This document shows positions 51,939 to 64,000 of a DNA stretch of 64,000 nucleotides, one piece after another. Below the pieces are notes generated by a model, which was not told the origin of the DNA, did not search any database, and saw only the letters and a list, made by a program, of their open reading frames with translations. Location of the stretch: NCBI GenBank assembly GCA_046563655.1, contig CM102283.1, positions 8,680,001 to 8,744,000 of the forward strand, written 5' to 3'. Position numbers and translations under genes: made by a program. Origin of the DNA: Yuukianura sp. NJ FZ-2021. Taxonomy: Eukaryota. The stretch's first letter is position 1, and the number at the start of each line of letters is the position of its first letter.

Positions 51939-54864
51939 ATGGCATTCAAATTCAAAGCTGCTGTGGTGAAAGTTCAAATGGGACAGGCAATCGTAAAACC
52001 TTTGAAAGCTGGGCCGCTGTCAGCCAAAATCGTGCTGGATGGAAAAAATACTGATACTTATCATCCCGGAAGAGAAATCATAGGTCACGTTGAGGTCACG
52101 TACAACCAGGAATTTCAGTTTTGCGGTAAACGGAATTCCTAAATTTGAAAATTTTTCAAAATGTGAACGTTTTGTATCAAGGTTTGTTGATTTTGATTTT
52201 GCTTTAACAGGTTGGATAATATCTCACGTTTTTTTTTTGAATTCGCAAAAAAAGTGTCGCCTCATTTCAGGGCATCTTAGTCATAAACAGAGGCGCAAAA
52301 CATATTTTCTTACATATTACATATTTCTATATTTTTAAAACATATTTCTTGAAAAAAAATATAAAAAATATTTAGCAAAATATTGTAAGATTTTACCAAA
52401 AAAGTGGCATTTTTGCAAATTTTATACTATTTGTCATGCACAAACCGTTTGTCAAGGGTCCATGTAGTGTTGGCATAATTTTATAATTTTCAAAAATAGC
52501 CACAACATAGTCACAACATAGCCACAACATAGTCACAACTAGGGGTCGGAATCCGGGTTTCTTAAAATCCGGATTTCGGATTTTGACGGATTTCAATCCT
52601 GAAATCCGGATTTAAATCCGGATTTCAATTTCTGTGTTAACTCCCATAAGAAATTCAAAATTGGTTTAAGCTGTCAGAAATGCAGGTTGGAAACACTCGT
52701 AGCTAAAACCTTGATGATAAATTCGGCGTGTTTATTTTTTGAATCAAATTACTAGTGTTGAAAAAAAATGAAACATTGGCACAACATTAGCACAACATTA
52801 GCACAACATTAGCACAACATTAGCACAACATTGGCACAACATTAGCACAACATTAGCACAACATTGGCACAACATTAGCACAACATTAGCACAACATTAG
52901 CACAACATTGGCACAACATTAGCACAACATTAGCACAACATTGGCACAACATTGGCACAACATTAGCACAACATTAGCACAACATTGGCACAACATTGGC
53001 ACAACATTAGCACAACATTAGCACAACATTGGCACAACATTAGCACAACATTAGCACTACATTGGCACAACATTGGCACAACATTGGCACAACATTAGCA
53101 CAACATTGGCACAACATTGGCACAACATTAACACAACATTGGCACAACATTAGCACAACATTAGCACAACATTAGCACAACATTGGCACAACATTGGCAC
53201 AACATTAACACAACATTGGCACAACATTGGCACAACATTAGCACAACATTGGCACAACATTGGCACAACATTGGCACAACATTAGCACAACATTAGCACA
53301 ACATTAGCACAACATTAGCACAACATTGGCACAACATTGGCACAACATTAACACAACATTGGCACAACATTAGCACAACATTGGCACAACATTGGCACAA
53401 CATTAACACAACATTGGCACAACATTAGCACAACATTAGCACAACATTAGCACAACATTGGCACAACATTAGCACAACATTGGCACAACATTAGCACAAC
53501 ATTAGCACAACATTGGCACAACATTAGCACACCATTAGCACAACATTGGTACAACATTCGCACAACATTAGCACAACATAGTCACAACACAGCCACATCA
53601 TAGTCACAACTTAGCCACAACACAGTCACGGATTAATTAGACGATTTTAAAAACCAATCTTTGCGCAATTCGGAAAAATATTAATTCCTTTTTTTTTTCA
53701 AAATTTACAATTACAAAACCTTGCTTTTGAACATTTGAAATTTCAGGACTAAAACTAACTGCAGAAGGGCTCGTACATATAAAATACCGTGAAGACAGAT
53801 ACGTTTTTGACAAAAAAGATACTATTTGGACAGAGTCAGTGTATCTCGTTGGAGCTTACGGTGAGTTTCAAAAAAAAAGTTGAAAATTTTGGAATTTGGA
53901 AAGAACAGAATTTTGAAGTTTCTTGAAAAGTAGTTTTTGTTATGAAAGGACAACATAAAATTCGGTCTAAAGCTGGCGAAGAAGCGTCGTATGCCTTCTG
54001 TTTCAAAATTCCGCCGGACATGCCTGGTTCCTACAAAAGTGACTTTGGTCTCGTCACGTACCAACTTTATGTTCAACTGGATTACGGTGAAAACAAGATG
54101 AGCAAGAGAGCCCTTAGGTGCATTACGGTCAAAGGTCAACTTGACCTTGACCCTGATGACCCCTCAACTTATGAATCAGTCGAAATTGAAGCACGGGATG
54201 AAAAAGCAGTGAAACAAGTCGCTCATAACCGGAAGTCAACGGATCATCAACTTCGGTTTATGTTTAGAATTGAGCAGTCAGCGTTTCTCGGTGGAGAAAA
54301 ACTTCCGTTTTTGCTGGAAACTGAAAATCCTAGAAAGGCTTACAAAATTGTTAGCTCCAAAGTTGATCTTGTGCAGGAAGTTACGTATCATGGCGGCAAG
54401 ATTTTGAAGACAGTGAGGAAAACGCTGGCTTCCGTTTCGGAAATCAAGAAAGATGAGAAACCTAATGCCATTTTCTTTGATGCCGCTGAAGCGCATGCCA
54501 AAGAAAATCAGTGGGAAGGGAAACTTGAAATTCCGCGCGGGATTTGCCCTACAACGAAAACCGGCGTCATTGACATCATGTATTACTTGAGGGTAAGAAC
54601 AAAGAACAAAATTTTTGAAACTTTTCCAAACTTTTAGAAACTTCAAAATCTTCCCGCTCAGGCTTGTGAAACTTCAAAGAAATCCCGCTTAAACTTCTTT
54701 TGTTTCAGGTTACACTCACGACCAAAACGGTGAAGCTGATTGGTCGATGCCCAGTGATCATTGGAACGTCGCGGGAAGGTTTGACTTTGGAAGCGATTGA
54801 AGAAGCGTCAAAATTTTACACTACAAGCTCACTCCAGGCTCAGGATACGCTAGACGACGACTAA
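51939..54864 (+). CDS. Arrestin-domain-containing (alpha-arrestin-like) protein, 4 exons (51939-52125, 53747-53860, 53949-54592, 54709-54864)
   Basis: YHPGREIIGHVEV, YAFCFKIPPDMPGSYKSDFGLVTY, AFLGGEKLPF, LVQEVTY, IPRGICPT...IDIMYYLRV and PVIIGT fit the arrestin N and C domains. Confidence 0.88.
52772..53630. repeat. 11-bp minisatellite (CACAACATT[A/G]G), ~75 copies, in arrestin intron 1; degenerate copies also at 52497-52539
   Basis: Directly visible tandem array with A/G variants. Confidence 0.97.
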
Positions 54865-55149
54865 AAAACGTTTTGGTGCTGATTTTTATTTTGATTAAAA
54901 CTATTAATCAACCGTGGTGAGTCCACACACATAACTGAAACTAATTTTAACGAAACAAAAGTTAGTGATGAAGGTGATATTAATCGTTATGTAACTGTTA
55001 TTAATCGATACAAAAAGTGTAGCTGACACTTGTAGCACTATAAATGGTGAAATCACTTCTGAATAGTCATCCGTATAAAAATTGTACCGTGTCAATGACA
55101 TTACCTAACCGGATTAAACTCAAGTTCAGAGTATTTGTCTGCAACAGCG

Positions 55150-55815
55150 TTTTGAAAAAACAGCGATTCTTTTCAGCGTATTTGAAACTAATTGAGGCTG
55201 GAACAATTAAAGAAGTTGGAAAAGTCATTGTTTCTTTAGGTTCTATTTCGTTTTCACAAAACTAGTGACGGTAAGAAACCTTTGACCTTTGAACTTGACA
55301 GGTTAAAATAACAAGATCTAAAGGACTTTCTGATGTTTTGTAAAGCTAATGTAATTGGTCGAGGAAGTTTACTTGACATATAACGTAGACTGCTCAGTTT
55401 GTTTTGTTCAAAAGACTCAAGCCGGAGACAATCGTTGCTTCGGGACATTTGAATAGCAGTGGAGCAGACTGGTCCAGTGCCACTTTGACATTTCCTGGAA
55501 CCTTGCTAACACATACTTTGTGTACACTTCCTAACGAAGCTGTAGTCATTAGAACCAAGGGTACATTGAAGGTACTTCCTTTGTAGCATGAACTTCAATT
55601 ACTCCTACTTTCAAGCATCAATGCACTTCCTAATTTCCATTCCATAATGAATTTATAAACGCTTTCAGCTCCTCTCTCCAACCAAACTGGAAAAGCTGGA
55701 ACCTGAAAACTGATGGCATGCTTGAATTCTGCACACTAAAGACAGACAAAATTCAATTTCTGGTACTGGACTGTCCTATGAGTGCCAAAAAGTACGTCGG
55801 TGTCTACTCAATAGT
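55150..55815 (+). pseudogene. Degraded partial duplicate of the downstream DHDH gene
   Basis: RFFSAYLKLIEAGTIKEVGKVIVSLG resembles RFFPAHFKLRELIDAGTIGEVKQVIAPMG. ASGHLNSSGADWSSATLTFPG...TLPNEAVVIRTKGTLK resembles AGGHLNSDGVDESASATLIFP...TLPNEFLAIGTKGVLK. YECQKVRRCL resembles YQCQEVRRCI. It has deletions and stops and no 5' exon. Confidence 0.85.
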
Positions 55816-56200
55816 TAGTAGATTTACTATGAATCAATCAAATTGACGATTAACCGGAAATCATCAATTAACAAAAATTTTACTATTTTAACATAAATTT
55901 TCATTCATTCCCATGCCTGATGCGTATCCTACAGAATGAAAACTAAAAAAAAAGCACAAATAAAGAAGTTTTAGTTTTCTAAAAAACCGCATCGAGAATG
56001 TTTGGCTCCGCTTTCAACTTATGAATCATACAGTATATAGAGATGACCTTTTGACCTTGGCCATAACTTGTCTTATAAATACAAACCTAATGAAATTATC
56101 TGAGTTGCTTTCATAGCAAAGTCAGATAATTCTTGGACCTTGTATACTAAATCTACCCAGACTAAAGTAAAATCCATTTGTAGAAACAGTTAAATTGTGA

Positions 56201-57707
56201 ATGAATTTCAAAATTGCCCGCTTTTTCGGTCATCAATTACGGCGGTTTCCACGTTTTACGACATGTGAAGCCTTAATGTCGACATTCGTGTGTAAAGTGG
56301 CTGCTAGTGGCCCCACCCGGTGGGGAATTATGGGCGCTGGACACATTAGTAACGACTGGGCAGTGGGCATTTCAACACTTGATCCCAAAGAACATCAAAT
56401 TGTGGCCGTTTCGGCGCGAAAATTGGAATCCGCTGAGATTTTTGCAAAAGAACACGAAATTCCAACGGCTCACGGATCTTATGAGGACTTGGCCAAAAAT
56501 CCAGACGTCGGTAACTTTGCGACTGAAAAAATTTGACCGCTGTTTTTTTTTCCCGAAATTTTTAAATATGTTTTTCTTTTTTGAATTTCAGAGGTGGTGT
56601 ACATCGGTACGATTCATTCCGAACATTTCCGATTGGCCAAACTGGCTTTGGACCATGGAAAACACGTTTTAAGCGAAAAACCACTGTGTATGAACGTCAA
56701 ACAAACAACTGAATTGGTCAATTACGCACGACAGAAAAAATTGTTCCTCATGGAAGGCATTTGGTCGAGATTTTTTCCCGCGCATTTCAAATTACGTGAA
56801 TTGATTGACGCTGGAACAATCGGCGAAGTGAAGCAAGTCATTGCTCCTATGGGGCTCATCTTCCCAAAAGATTCTCGGCAATGGCGAATGTACGCGGCAA
56901 ATTTCAAAAAAAAAAAAAAAATCAGAAATTTTTATTTTCGAATCGTTTTTCAAAATTTTGATTCTTTTTCAGGTCAGCACAGTATGGCGGTGGAACTACT
57001 TTGCATATTGGAAGCTACCCAATACAATTTGCCACTTTTGTGTTCCAAGGGCTCCGGCCCTTAAAAATCTTAGCAGGGGGACACTTAAACAGCGATGGAG
57101 TTGACGAAAGCGCCAGCGCTACGCTGATTTTTCCCGAAGGCAAAACAGCTACTCTCCTCACTCATAGTCAAGTGACGCTCCCTAATGAATTTCTAGCAAT
57201 TGGCACAAAGGGAGTACTTAAGGTTAGTCACGCAAGAGACTTAATTATTGTTAATTGTGTTCATAAATATGACAAATGAACTTTTAATTCCCTTTTAACT
57301 TAGCATAATTAAGTTACACTCAATCATCTTTTTAATTTTCAAAACAGCTTCTCTTTCCCGCCTGGGGACCAACACAACTCGTAACTCCCGCGGGAGAAAC
57401 ACTGGAATTCCCCCTGCCAAAAACTACCAAGAAAATCCATTTTTGGAATACAATTGGACTGTTTTACCAATGCCAAGAAGTGCGTCGCTGTATTCTTAAT
57501 GGTAAGCAAACACTAATTAAAACGCAATTAATTAACAAAAATTACGAAAAATAAAACCAATTTAGTTTCCAAATTTTCAAAATTTTGGACTTTGGAATTT
57601 TAGGCTTAACGGAATCTCCTCACATGACTTGGGATGACTCCATCTTGTTAGCCGAAATTCAAGAATCTATTAGAAAGCAAATTGGAGTGAAATTCCCAAC
57701 GGATTGA
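56201..57707 (+). CDS. DHDH: Trans-1,2-dihydrobenzene-1,2-diol dehydrogenase / D-xylose 1-dehydrogenase (Gfo/Idh/MocA family), 5 exons
   Basis: RWGIMGAGHIS, HGSYEDLAKNP, HVLSEKPL, FLMEGIWSRFFP, GGGTTLHIGSY and GLTESPHMTWDDS...IRKQIGV; TATAAATA near 56074. Confidence 0.93.
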
Positions 57708-58518
57708 AAAAACTGGTGAAAGAAATCTCAGACTTTTTTGAAACGGTGAAAGTAATTTTAGACTTTTTTGAAACTACTTTATTTTGCCGCCTTTTTCTCA
57801 AGTTTCCAATAATGGCAAAGGCCCATTTCAAAGAAAGTTAAATCAAATTAGCGGATGCGTTTCATGCTACAAATTCCAAGGAAGCTGACATTGGAAAGCC
57901 ATAAAGGAAAAGAAGATTTGTCTACTCAAAGGAGCCAATAAAGTGAAAGTCTTTGCAAAAAAGTGAAAGTCTTCTTAAATCCAAACCTAACAAACTCAAT
58001 CCAATCCCACCCACACTTTTTTTTCCGAACAAAAAAGAGAGAGAACTTTTCTGAACTATTTTTTTATGATGATGTATTTTTCTGAATTATCACGACTATT
58101 CAAAGCCTATAAAAAGAGAGAAATTTTGAATTTCTTTCTTTTTATAGACTTTGAAAGACTATAAATTAAAACATGCAAAAGACTATTAACTAAAAAATGC
58201 TAGAAATGTTATAACTTATAACTTAGAATTTGAGATCAACGATTCATGTAGAGCCAGAAGTAAAAAAATTAACATGACAGAAACCTTATAAGAAAATTGA
58301 AAAATTAATTACAGAAACCTTGTAACTAAAGTTGAAAAATTAATGAAAAATTAGCTCTTTTGAAAAAACACAAAGACTCCATCTCATCTCCCACAATAAA
58401 GTTTTTGGAGTTCATGAATTTTGTGCAGAGAAAGATGAAACGGACTCCTGGGACACACGATACGTTTGTGGCAAAAAAAGAATCAGGGTTCGTAAACGAA
58501 GAGAGAACTTTTCTACAC

Positions 58519-58648
58519 CAGGTTGTCCAATAACTCGTAGTTTATGCCTTCCTATGGTAATTTTTTGCATGTAATCTAAATGGGATTGGTGGTGCTAAAA
58601 GTTGTTTGAAGCAAGATTTTTGAAAACCCTGAGTTATTGGACAACCTG
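58519..58648. mobile_element. MITE-like element with 18-bp perfect terminal inverted repeats
   Basis: CAGGTTGTCCAATAACTC (58519-58536) and GAGTTATTGGACAACCTG (58631-58648); no clear target-site duplication. Confidence 0.55.
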
Positions 58649-58760
58649 TTGTAGGAAATACAATTCCGCTGTCAAGGAACCTTGCAGAAAAATGAACTGA
58701 CAGACGGAAACCTTAGACTAAAAATGAAAAATTAAGTCAAATTGTTAAAAAACCATAGGA

Positions 58761-61547
58761 TTAGACTTGTTCCGTCGCAACTCCGTTTCTGGAACTAAGT
58801 TCCGTGTTTGTGGTGATGTCCTTTGGGGTGGCTACTTTTTGTTGTGGGAGACTTCGGGCAGACGAGGCGTGGTAGTTTCTGGAACTTTGGTAATTAATTC
58901 TGATCGTATTATGCGAAGTGGAGCGGGGGAAAGGTTCCCCCTGGGAGTCCTTGGGACAAATGCAGGAAAAACATGGGAACATGGATCGGAGGAGAGCGAA
59001 GAAATGCTTTCTGAATTTGGCGCCAAAGACACAGTAGATGAAGCAGTTAATGGAGGAGTTGAAGACGACGAGGAAGTTGGACAAGTCAACAAGGTCCTGG
59101 GACAGGGGCATGTCCATGGACTCCATGAAGTTGTTCACGAATGGCAGAATGTTGCAGAAAATAAAAACAGCTACGACAATCAAGAGCATTATGGCTAAAT
59201 TGATTTCACGACTCTCCACTCTGGTTAGTTCTTGTCTCCGCGTATTGCTTTGATGGACCTACAATTTTCAAAAAAAAGTAAATCAAGTTTAAGTGAACTC
59301 AATTTTTTAAACGAGCTACACAAAGCTGCTTTTGTGATTTAAATAGCTGTCATGTCATGTTTAAAGAGACTGGATTTTTTAATCTTCAAAAAGTTCAGAA
59401 GACAACTTTCCAAAAAGTAGAAAAAGATGAACTTTTAGTTTAAATTTTGAATAAATTTTGAACAAAAGTAGAAAAGTTTGTTCTGGAATGCGATTATTTT
59501 GGAATTTCATTTCTGCCTTTTCATTTTCTCCTGGAAAATGTCATGCCAGAACAACTTTTTCTTTTGTCTTTGAAAAACTTTATAAAATTGGCAGTTTTTA
59601 TTGCTTTTTTACTTTCACTATGAAAAATGAGCACGGAGTTATTACTTGTGCTAGTTAATTAAAGCGTTTTCAGGCACGTAACAGGCAGTTGACATTTTCA
59701 AAATTAAAGTAAATGGATTTTTTGTTTGTGTTGTTGTTTGTTTGTTTTTTTTTTGCAAAAACAAACAAGGAAGATTAAGACAAACGAAGAAAAATACCGC
59801 ACATTCTTGTTGTTCTTTTTTCTAAGGAGAAAGTATCTTGTTTACGCCGTTTAACGAGGGATTCCCGCTGTTTAGTACCCAATTTTCACTCTTTTCTCAT
59901 TCAAAACACGATTTTAGAAAATTGCTTTCTACCGAGCGTCTTTTCTTGCTGTGTGACTTGAAATTTTAAGAGATGGCTTAAGGCTAAAGTCCAATGTCAA
60001 ACGGAATCATAGTAAATTATATCATAATGAGCTCTGAAAATTGGCAACAAAATTGCTGCAACCGCGATACACATTTTAGCACACTTGCCAAAATCTTTCT
60101 TAAACATTACCGAAATGATGCCAAAGTAAATGACAAAAAAATTACTCCCGCATGTTCAAAACTTTTCAAAAGGAATGCCGCAATGACACACTTTTTGAAC
60201 TTCCAAAAACAAAGACTTTTTTTTCAATTTTCTTTTAATTCTTAGGAGAAAGTTAAAAAATTAAAGAAACTTACTGCTCTGAAGATGATGGAGTTGAAGA
60301 CGACCAAAATGACGAGTGGTAGGAGAATCATGAAGACGAAATTTGCCCACTGGACGTAGAGTGTGATGTAGAGATTGTCACAGCGCAAAACCGTCATTTC
60401 GTTTCGAACTGGAACAGTCGAATTCTCTCTGCTCACGGTCACAAATTCACCCCACCGTGGCAGATTGTACACCGTGGAAAAGAGAAAGACGACAAGAGTG
60501 TACAATTTGGCTCTTGACCAGGTACAGAGTGACCTTGCGTACAGAGGCCGACAAACTGCAATGTATCGCTCAACAGTCACTGCAATCACGGAGTATACCG
60601 ATCCAGTTTGGGCTGGAAAATTCCAAAAATAAAAGTTCAATAAAAGTTAACACTACAATTTAAATTGGAAATCCATTTTGAAACCTACTTTTCACTAGAC
60701 TAAAAGTGGAGTCTCTAGAGATGACGCAAACATAGAATCATTAAGAGTCAATGTGTTACTGCGTGAGAATATCAATTCGACTGGCAAAAAAAAAATTGTA
60801 ATTTGAAATTCCCTAAAGTGCAAGTTTCTCTTGAGACTCGTTCTTCTTAATGCGTCTCTCTGCATCTGTCTGTCTGTCCGTCTGTCCGTTATTCTGCCTG
60901 TTACTCCTCCTGTCTGCATTTGTCTTTTTTTGCATTTGTCCATCTGTCTGTCTGTCTATCTGTCATTCTGCCTGTTTGTCTGCCTGCATGCATTTGTCAT
61001 TTTTCTGCATCTGTCCGTCTGTCCGCCTGTCTGCATCTGCCCGTCTGTCTGTCTGTCCCTCTGCCTGCCTGCATTCGTCATTTTTCTGCATATGTCCGTC
61101 TGTCTGTATGTATGTATGCATGTATGTCTGTTTTGTTTTTGTGTTGAAACTAAAGCATTTATGTTTTTGAAACTTAACCGGTTAACCGGAAATGCTGCAA
61201 AGCATCTTACCGGTCATCCCAGTTGCATAGAGTACTGGAACAGCATATTCAGAAATGGCGGCATACTCCATTCCCATTCCCAGCGAACCGAGGATGACTG
61301 GAATGCAGAAGATGAGGATTGTGTTGACAATTAGGACGGTGTCAAACAGCGTCAATCCAAGTAGCAGACAGTTTAAACTCGTTTTCATCTTCGGTCCTGC
61401 CAATACTATTGCACTGCAAGCATTTCCAAAAACACCCAGGAGACAAACTACTGTTGTGAGGAAACCAACGACAAATACTTGGTAGTGACTGACAGATCCT
61501 TGTCTGGGAATGTCATTGCAAGGACCGCTTTCGCTACTCCAAAACAT
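58761..61547 (-). CDS. Rhodopsin-class neuropeptide GPCR, FMRFamide-receptor-like; exons 61547-61211, 60612-60275, 59258-58761 (further 5' exons possible)
   Basis: GVFGN (TM1), LTLFD (TM2), AQTGSVY...VTVERYIAVCRPL (TM3), YNLPRWGE, REINLAIML..VAVFIFCNILP and NFLVVFNSSINCFIY. Confidence 0.92.
60855..61132. repeat. Degenerate TGTC/TCTG microsatellite in a GPCR intron
   Basis: Low-complexity tctgtctg/gcatctgt runs. Confidence 0.85.
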
Positions 61548-62574
61548 CCCTGTCAAGATAATGCTTTTCACCACAAAATTGAAAGTCCTAAATTTTTCCG
61601 GGTTGGTTAGTTTGTAAAACCTTTTGAGTTTTTGGTTGTAATCACTTTTGCACAAAATGTTGTAATTGATTTAACATTGTTTTGACAATGTACTGGTATG
61701 TTGGATTCTAGAAGAGCTTTGTGCAGCAACCTTGTCGGATGCAATCCGCTTCCAAACTGTCGAAAAGTCTGAAAGTTCCGCAGAATAAAAGCCTATGAGA
61801 AGCTTTTAGGCTTTTGAGGTCTGCGTCCCGCATGTCGCTGTAACTCATCGCCAAACGCAAGATCCCATTTCATTCCAACTTTTTTGTATGAAGTTATTAA
61901 TTTTAATGTCGTCAACAAGCTGAAAAAATCTGTGGTCAGCTAGACACGATTTACATGTATACAAATTTAATATAATTTCTCTCATCAGGAACAATTTGAA
62001 CTGTGCGTAAAAATTCATAACCACAACCTGGTGCTCTAAATTTTAATAAACATTAACTTTACAACGTCAAGGACTTGACACTTGAGTGTTTTTTGAAAGA
62101 GTCCAGATTTTATGTTTTGAATTTCTGTTTTTTTTTTAAGATTTAGTTTCTATCATTCCAGACTTGCGCTTCTCTGCCCTTGTTAGAAACGCAGAAGGTG
62201 AAAATCTAGTTATGGAATCTAGATTTTCAAAAAGTGAGTACAATGAAATCAAATTCTAATCTCAATTCCAAATTTTCATGTTCACTCTTAATGTACTATC
62301 AGTTGAACATTCAAAATTACATTAGAGAGTAATTGCAAACCGAAATATAGAGAAAAATATAGAATATAAATGTACATTCTATATTTATATTCTATATTTT
62401 GAAATAAGGAAGCGCCACACTTACTACACAGTTTACACGAAGAAAATTTTACAAATACTAATGAGTTATATGAATGTCAAACTCGTGAGTGGTGTTAAAA
62501 TCAGAAAAAAAAATTCCCGCCCTAATTTTTCCGATTTGTATGAAAATTTGGGGTATGGTAGTCCCTACGGGATA

Positions 62575-62700
62575 GCAGTTTATGCGCAGTTAGTGCGCAC
62601 TTTCTGCGCAGTGAGTGCGCACTTTCTGCGCAGTGAGTGCGCACTTTCTGCGCAGTTAGTGCGCAGTTTATGCGTAGTTCATGCTCAGTTTCTGAACTAC
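62575..62700. repeat. Short tandem array of 11/22-bp units built on TGCGCA
   Basis: TGCGCAGT(T/G)AG alternating with TGCGCACTTTC. Confidence 0.85.
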
Positions 62701-62900
62701 GCAGATAAAATGCTACTCTTTGAGTCATAGTTAGTCTATTGTTAGTGAGTCCACACTTGTAATTTTATTTTAATAATTAAAACTATGTTTTATTTATGTC
62801 GTTATCATCTCACGTTTCACCACCCTACTTATGGCAACATTTCGGTGTTAGTCCCGAAGTGCCCGGAGGATTTCGGAAAAAAAAAGTTTCCAAAGTACCA

Positions 62901-64000
62901 GAAAATCACTCTTTCTAAATAACATAATTCGAAATTCCAAAAAGTTAAAAGTTTACTATGAAAATCACTCTTTCTAAATAACATAATTCGAAATTTCAAA
63001 AAGTTAAAAGTTTAGTAGGAAAATCACTCTTTCTAAATATAATAATTCCAAATTCCAAAAAGTTAAAAGTTTAGTAGGAAAATCACTCTTTCTAAATAAC
63101 ATAATTTCAAATTCCAAAAAGTTAAAAGTTTAGTAGGAAAATCACTCTTTCTAAATATAATAATTCCAAATTCCAAAAAGTTAAAAGTTTAGTAGGAAAA
63201 TCACTCTTTCTAAATATAATAATTCCAAATTCCAAAAAGTTAAAAGTTTACTATGAAAATCACTCTTTCTAAATAACATAATTCCAAATTCCAAAAAGTT
63301 AAAAGTTTACTATGAAAATCACTCTTTCTAAATAACATAATTCCAAATTCCAAAAAGTTAAAAGTTTACTATGAAAATCACTCTTTCTAAATAACATAAT
63401 TCCAAATTCCAAAAAGTTAAAAGTTTACTATGAAAATCACTCTTTCTAAATAACATAATTCCAAATTCCAAAAAGTTAAAAGTTTACTATGAAAATCACT
63501 CTTTCTAAATTACATAATTCCAAATTCCAAAAAGTTAAAAGTTTACTATGAAAATCACTCTTTCTAAATAACATAATTCCAAATTCCAAAAAGTTAAAAG
63601 TTTACTATGAAAATCACTCTTTCTAAATAACATAATTCCAAATTCCAAAAAGTTAAAAGTTTACTATGAAAATCACTCTTTCTAAATAACATAATTCCAA
63701 ATTCCAAAAAGTTAAAAGTTTACTATGAAAATCACTCTTTCTAAATAATATAATTCCAAATTCCAAAAAGTTAAAAGTTTACTATGAAAATCACTCTTTC
63801 TAAATAACATAATTCCAAATTCCAAAAAGTTAAAAGTTTACTATGAAAATCATTCTTTCTAAATAACATAATTCCAAATTCCAAAAAGTTAAAAGTTTAC
63901 TATGAAAATCACTCTTTCTAAATAATATAATTCCAAATTCCAAAAAGTTAAAAGTTTACTATGAAAATCACTCTTTCTAAATAACATAATTCCAAATTCC
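62901..64000. repeat. 59-bp tandem satellite (same family as 25643-26303), at least 18 copies, running off the window end
   Basis: Same unit as the SLC44 intron array, with TTTAGTAGG / TTTACTATG and ATAACAT / ATATAAT variants. Confidence 0.98.

Noticed and set aside
60831-61170. Cys/Leu/Ser-rich ORFs
   Set aside because: Translations of a TGTC microsatellite within the GPCR intron.

Overview
Gene-dense, AT-rich eukaryotic (animal) genomic DNA with mostly short (~55-90 nt) spliceosomal introns. Gene content (innexin, FMRFamide-receptor-like GPCR) indicates an invertebrate, probably an arthropod; a springtail-like hexapod is only a guess. The first ~11 kb has no convincing coding sequence. Hand-spliced genes in order: innexin (+), TOM7 (-), EF-hand rhomboid protease (+), choline transporter-like SLC44 (-), Cys-rich secreted orphan (-), divergent adenylate-kinase-like gene (+), two tandem paralogous multi-pass membrane proteins I do not recognise (+), small coiled-coil orphan (-), DIOX_N/2OG-Fe(II) oxygenase (-), RB1CC1/Atg17 (-), TBCD (+), alpha carbonic anhydrase (-), arrestin-domain protein (+), DHDH pseudogene and DHDH (+), and the GPCR (-). 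Repeats include a 59-bp satellite at two loci, an 11-bp minisatellite, a ~100-bp-arm foldback and a MITE-like element. Best candidate for a new system: at 30.8-37.4 kb both membrane-protein paralogs carry an RFX X-box ~190 bp upstream of the ATG, and the adenylate-kinase-like gene has a weaker one, suggesting a co-regulated ciliary/flagellar cluster. The 2OG oxygenase is a horizontal-transfer candidate. All models were built by eye; no database searches were run.
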